From Podarcis melisellensis (taxonomy: Eukaryota): 64,000 nt of DNA. Within the stretch, counting starts at the first letter, position 1, and each line of letters starts with the position of its first letter. This document shows positions 63,522 to 64,000 of this stretch, one piece after another. Position numbers and translations under genes: made by a program. The stretch lies in NCBI GenBank assembly GCA_964234715.1, contig OZ174282.1. One strand, given 5' to 3'. The notes below the pieces were generated by a model that worked only from the letters and a program-made list of their open reading frames with translations, was not told the DNA's origin and did not search any database.

Positions 63522-64000
63522 CTGTAAACATACCACATTTGAATCACAATGCAATTATGTTTTAAAATGAATATGCAATTCCAGCAAATCATGCAAGCTT
63601 TAGTTCCGCCTACACAATATGTTTTATAATCACCCTGCAACATTTATTCACATCTGCACTGGATTTCATGGTCCTACCGCATCTAACTTCTCCTTTCTGA
63701 TGTCTAGAACCAACAATTATGGTTGGTGGAAACAACAAACGCTTCATAAGGTACAAAAAATTACAATATATTGGGTGCTAGACACAGCCACCAGAATGTT
63801 CACTGAAGGGCTTTCTGATAATACAGTTTCAATCTTTCCTGATCAATATCCTGCCCTACTTCCAAATATTCTTTTAAGTAATCAGTTTGTGTGCATAAAA
63901 GAATTACACATTGACACAGCAGTTTTTTAATCAAGTGTGCAACACAGAAGTTGTGTTACATGAGGCTAATACTTCTTTTCTTCAATAGTGTTGAAAGACT

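Noticed and set aside
63522-64000. The 3-nt ATG microexon known from mammalian VDAC3
   Set aside because: No AG-ATG-GT on the minus strand in the part of the intron inside the window; it may lie further right.

Overview
Eukaryotic (vertebrate) genomic DNA from a squamate, probably a lacertid lizard, judged from Sauria SINE, Bov-B, CR1, L1, L2 and Penelope content. Three protein-coding genes can be built by hand from GT-AG exons. (1) The 5' part of PLAT (tissue plasminogen activator) on the minus strand: a putative CpG-island exon 1 at about 15.3 kb, then signal peptide, propeptide, finger and EGF exons; the rest runs off the left edge. (2) A complete IKBKB on the plus strand: 21 coding exons, 29660-55781, 757 aa by my exon sum. 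(3) The last six coding exons of VDAC3 on the minus strand, tail-to-tail with IKBKB, with no POLB or DKK4 between them, unlike human. Introns and intergenic DNA are dense in transposable elements. The most unusual object is a 1.7-kb composite in an IKBKB intron (32864-34544). Two identical 91-bp Penelope pseudo-LTRs, each with a minimal hammerhead-ribozyme motif in the pre-mRNA sense, bracket a tRNA-SINE head, an RTE-X-like reverse-transcriptase fragment and an open GIY-YIG endonuclease frame; the first ribozyme sits inside a perfect 52-bp antisense hairpin. Other highlights: a 276-bp direct duplication around a captured LINE fragment upstream of IKBKB, a tPA propeptide with no furin site, a GAG splice acceptor in IKBKB, and a head-plus-tail Bov-B derivative nested in an L1 tail. 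Family and gene names come from my recognition of the sequences, not from database searches.
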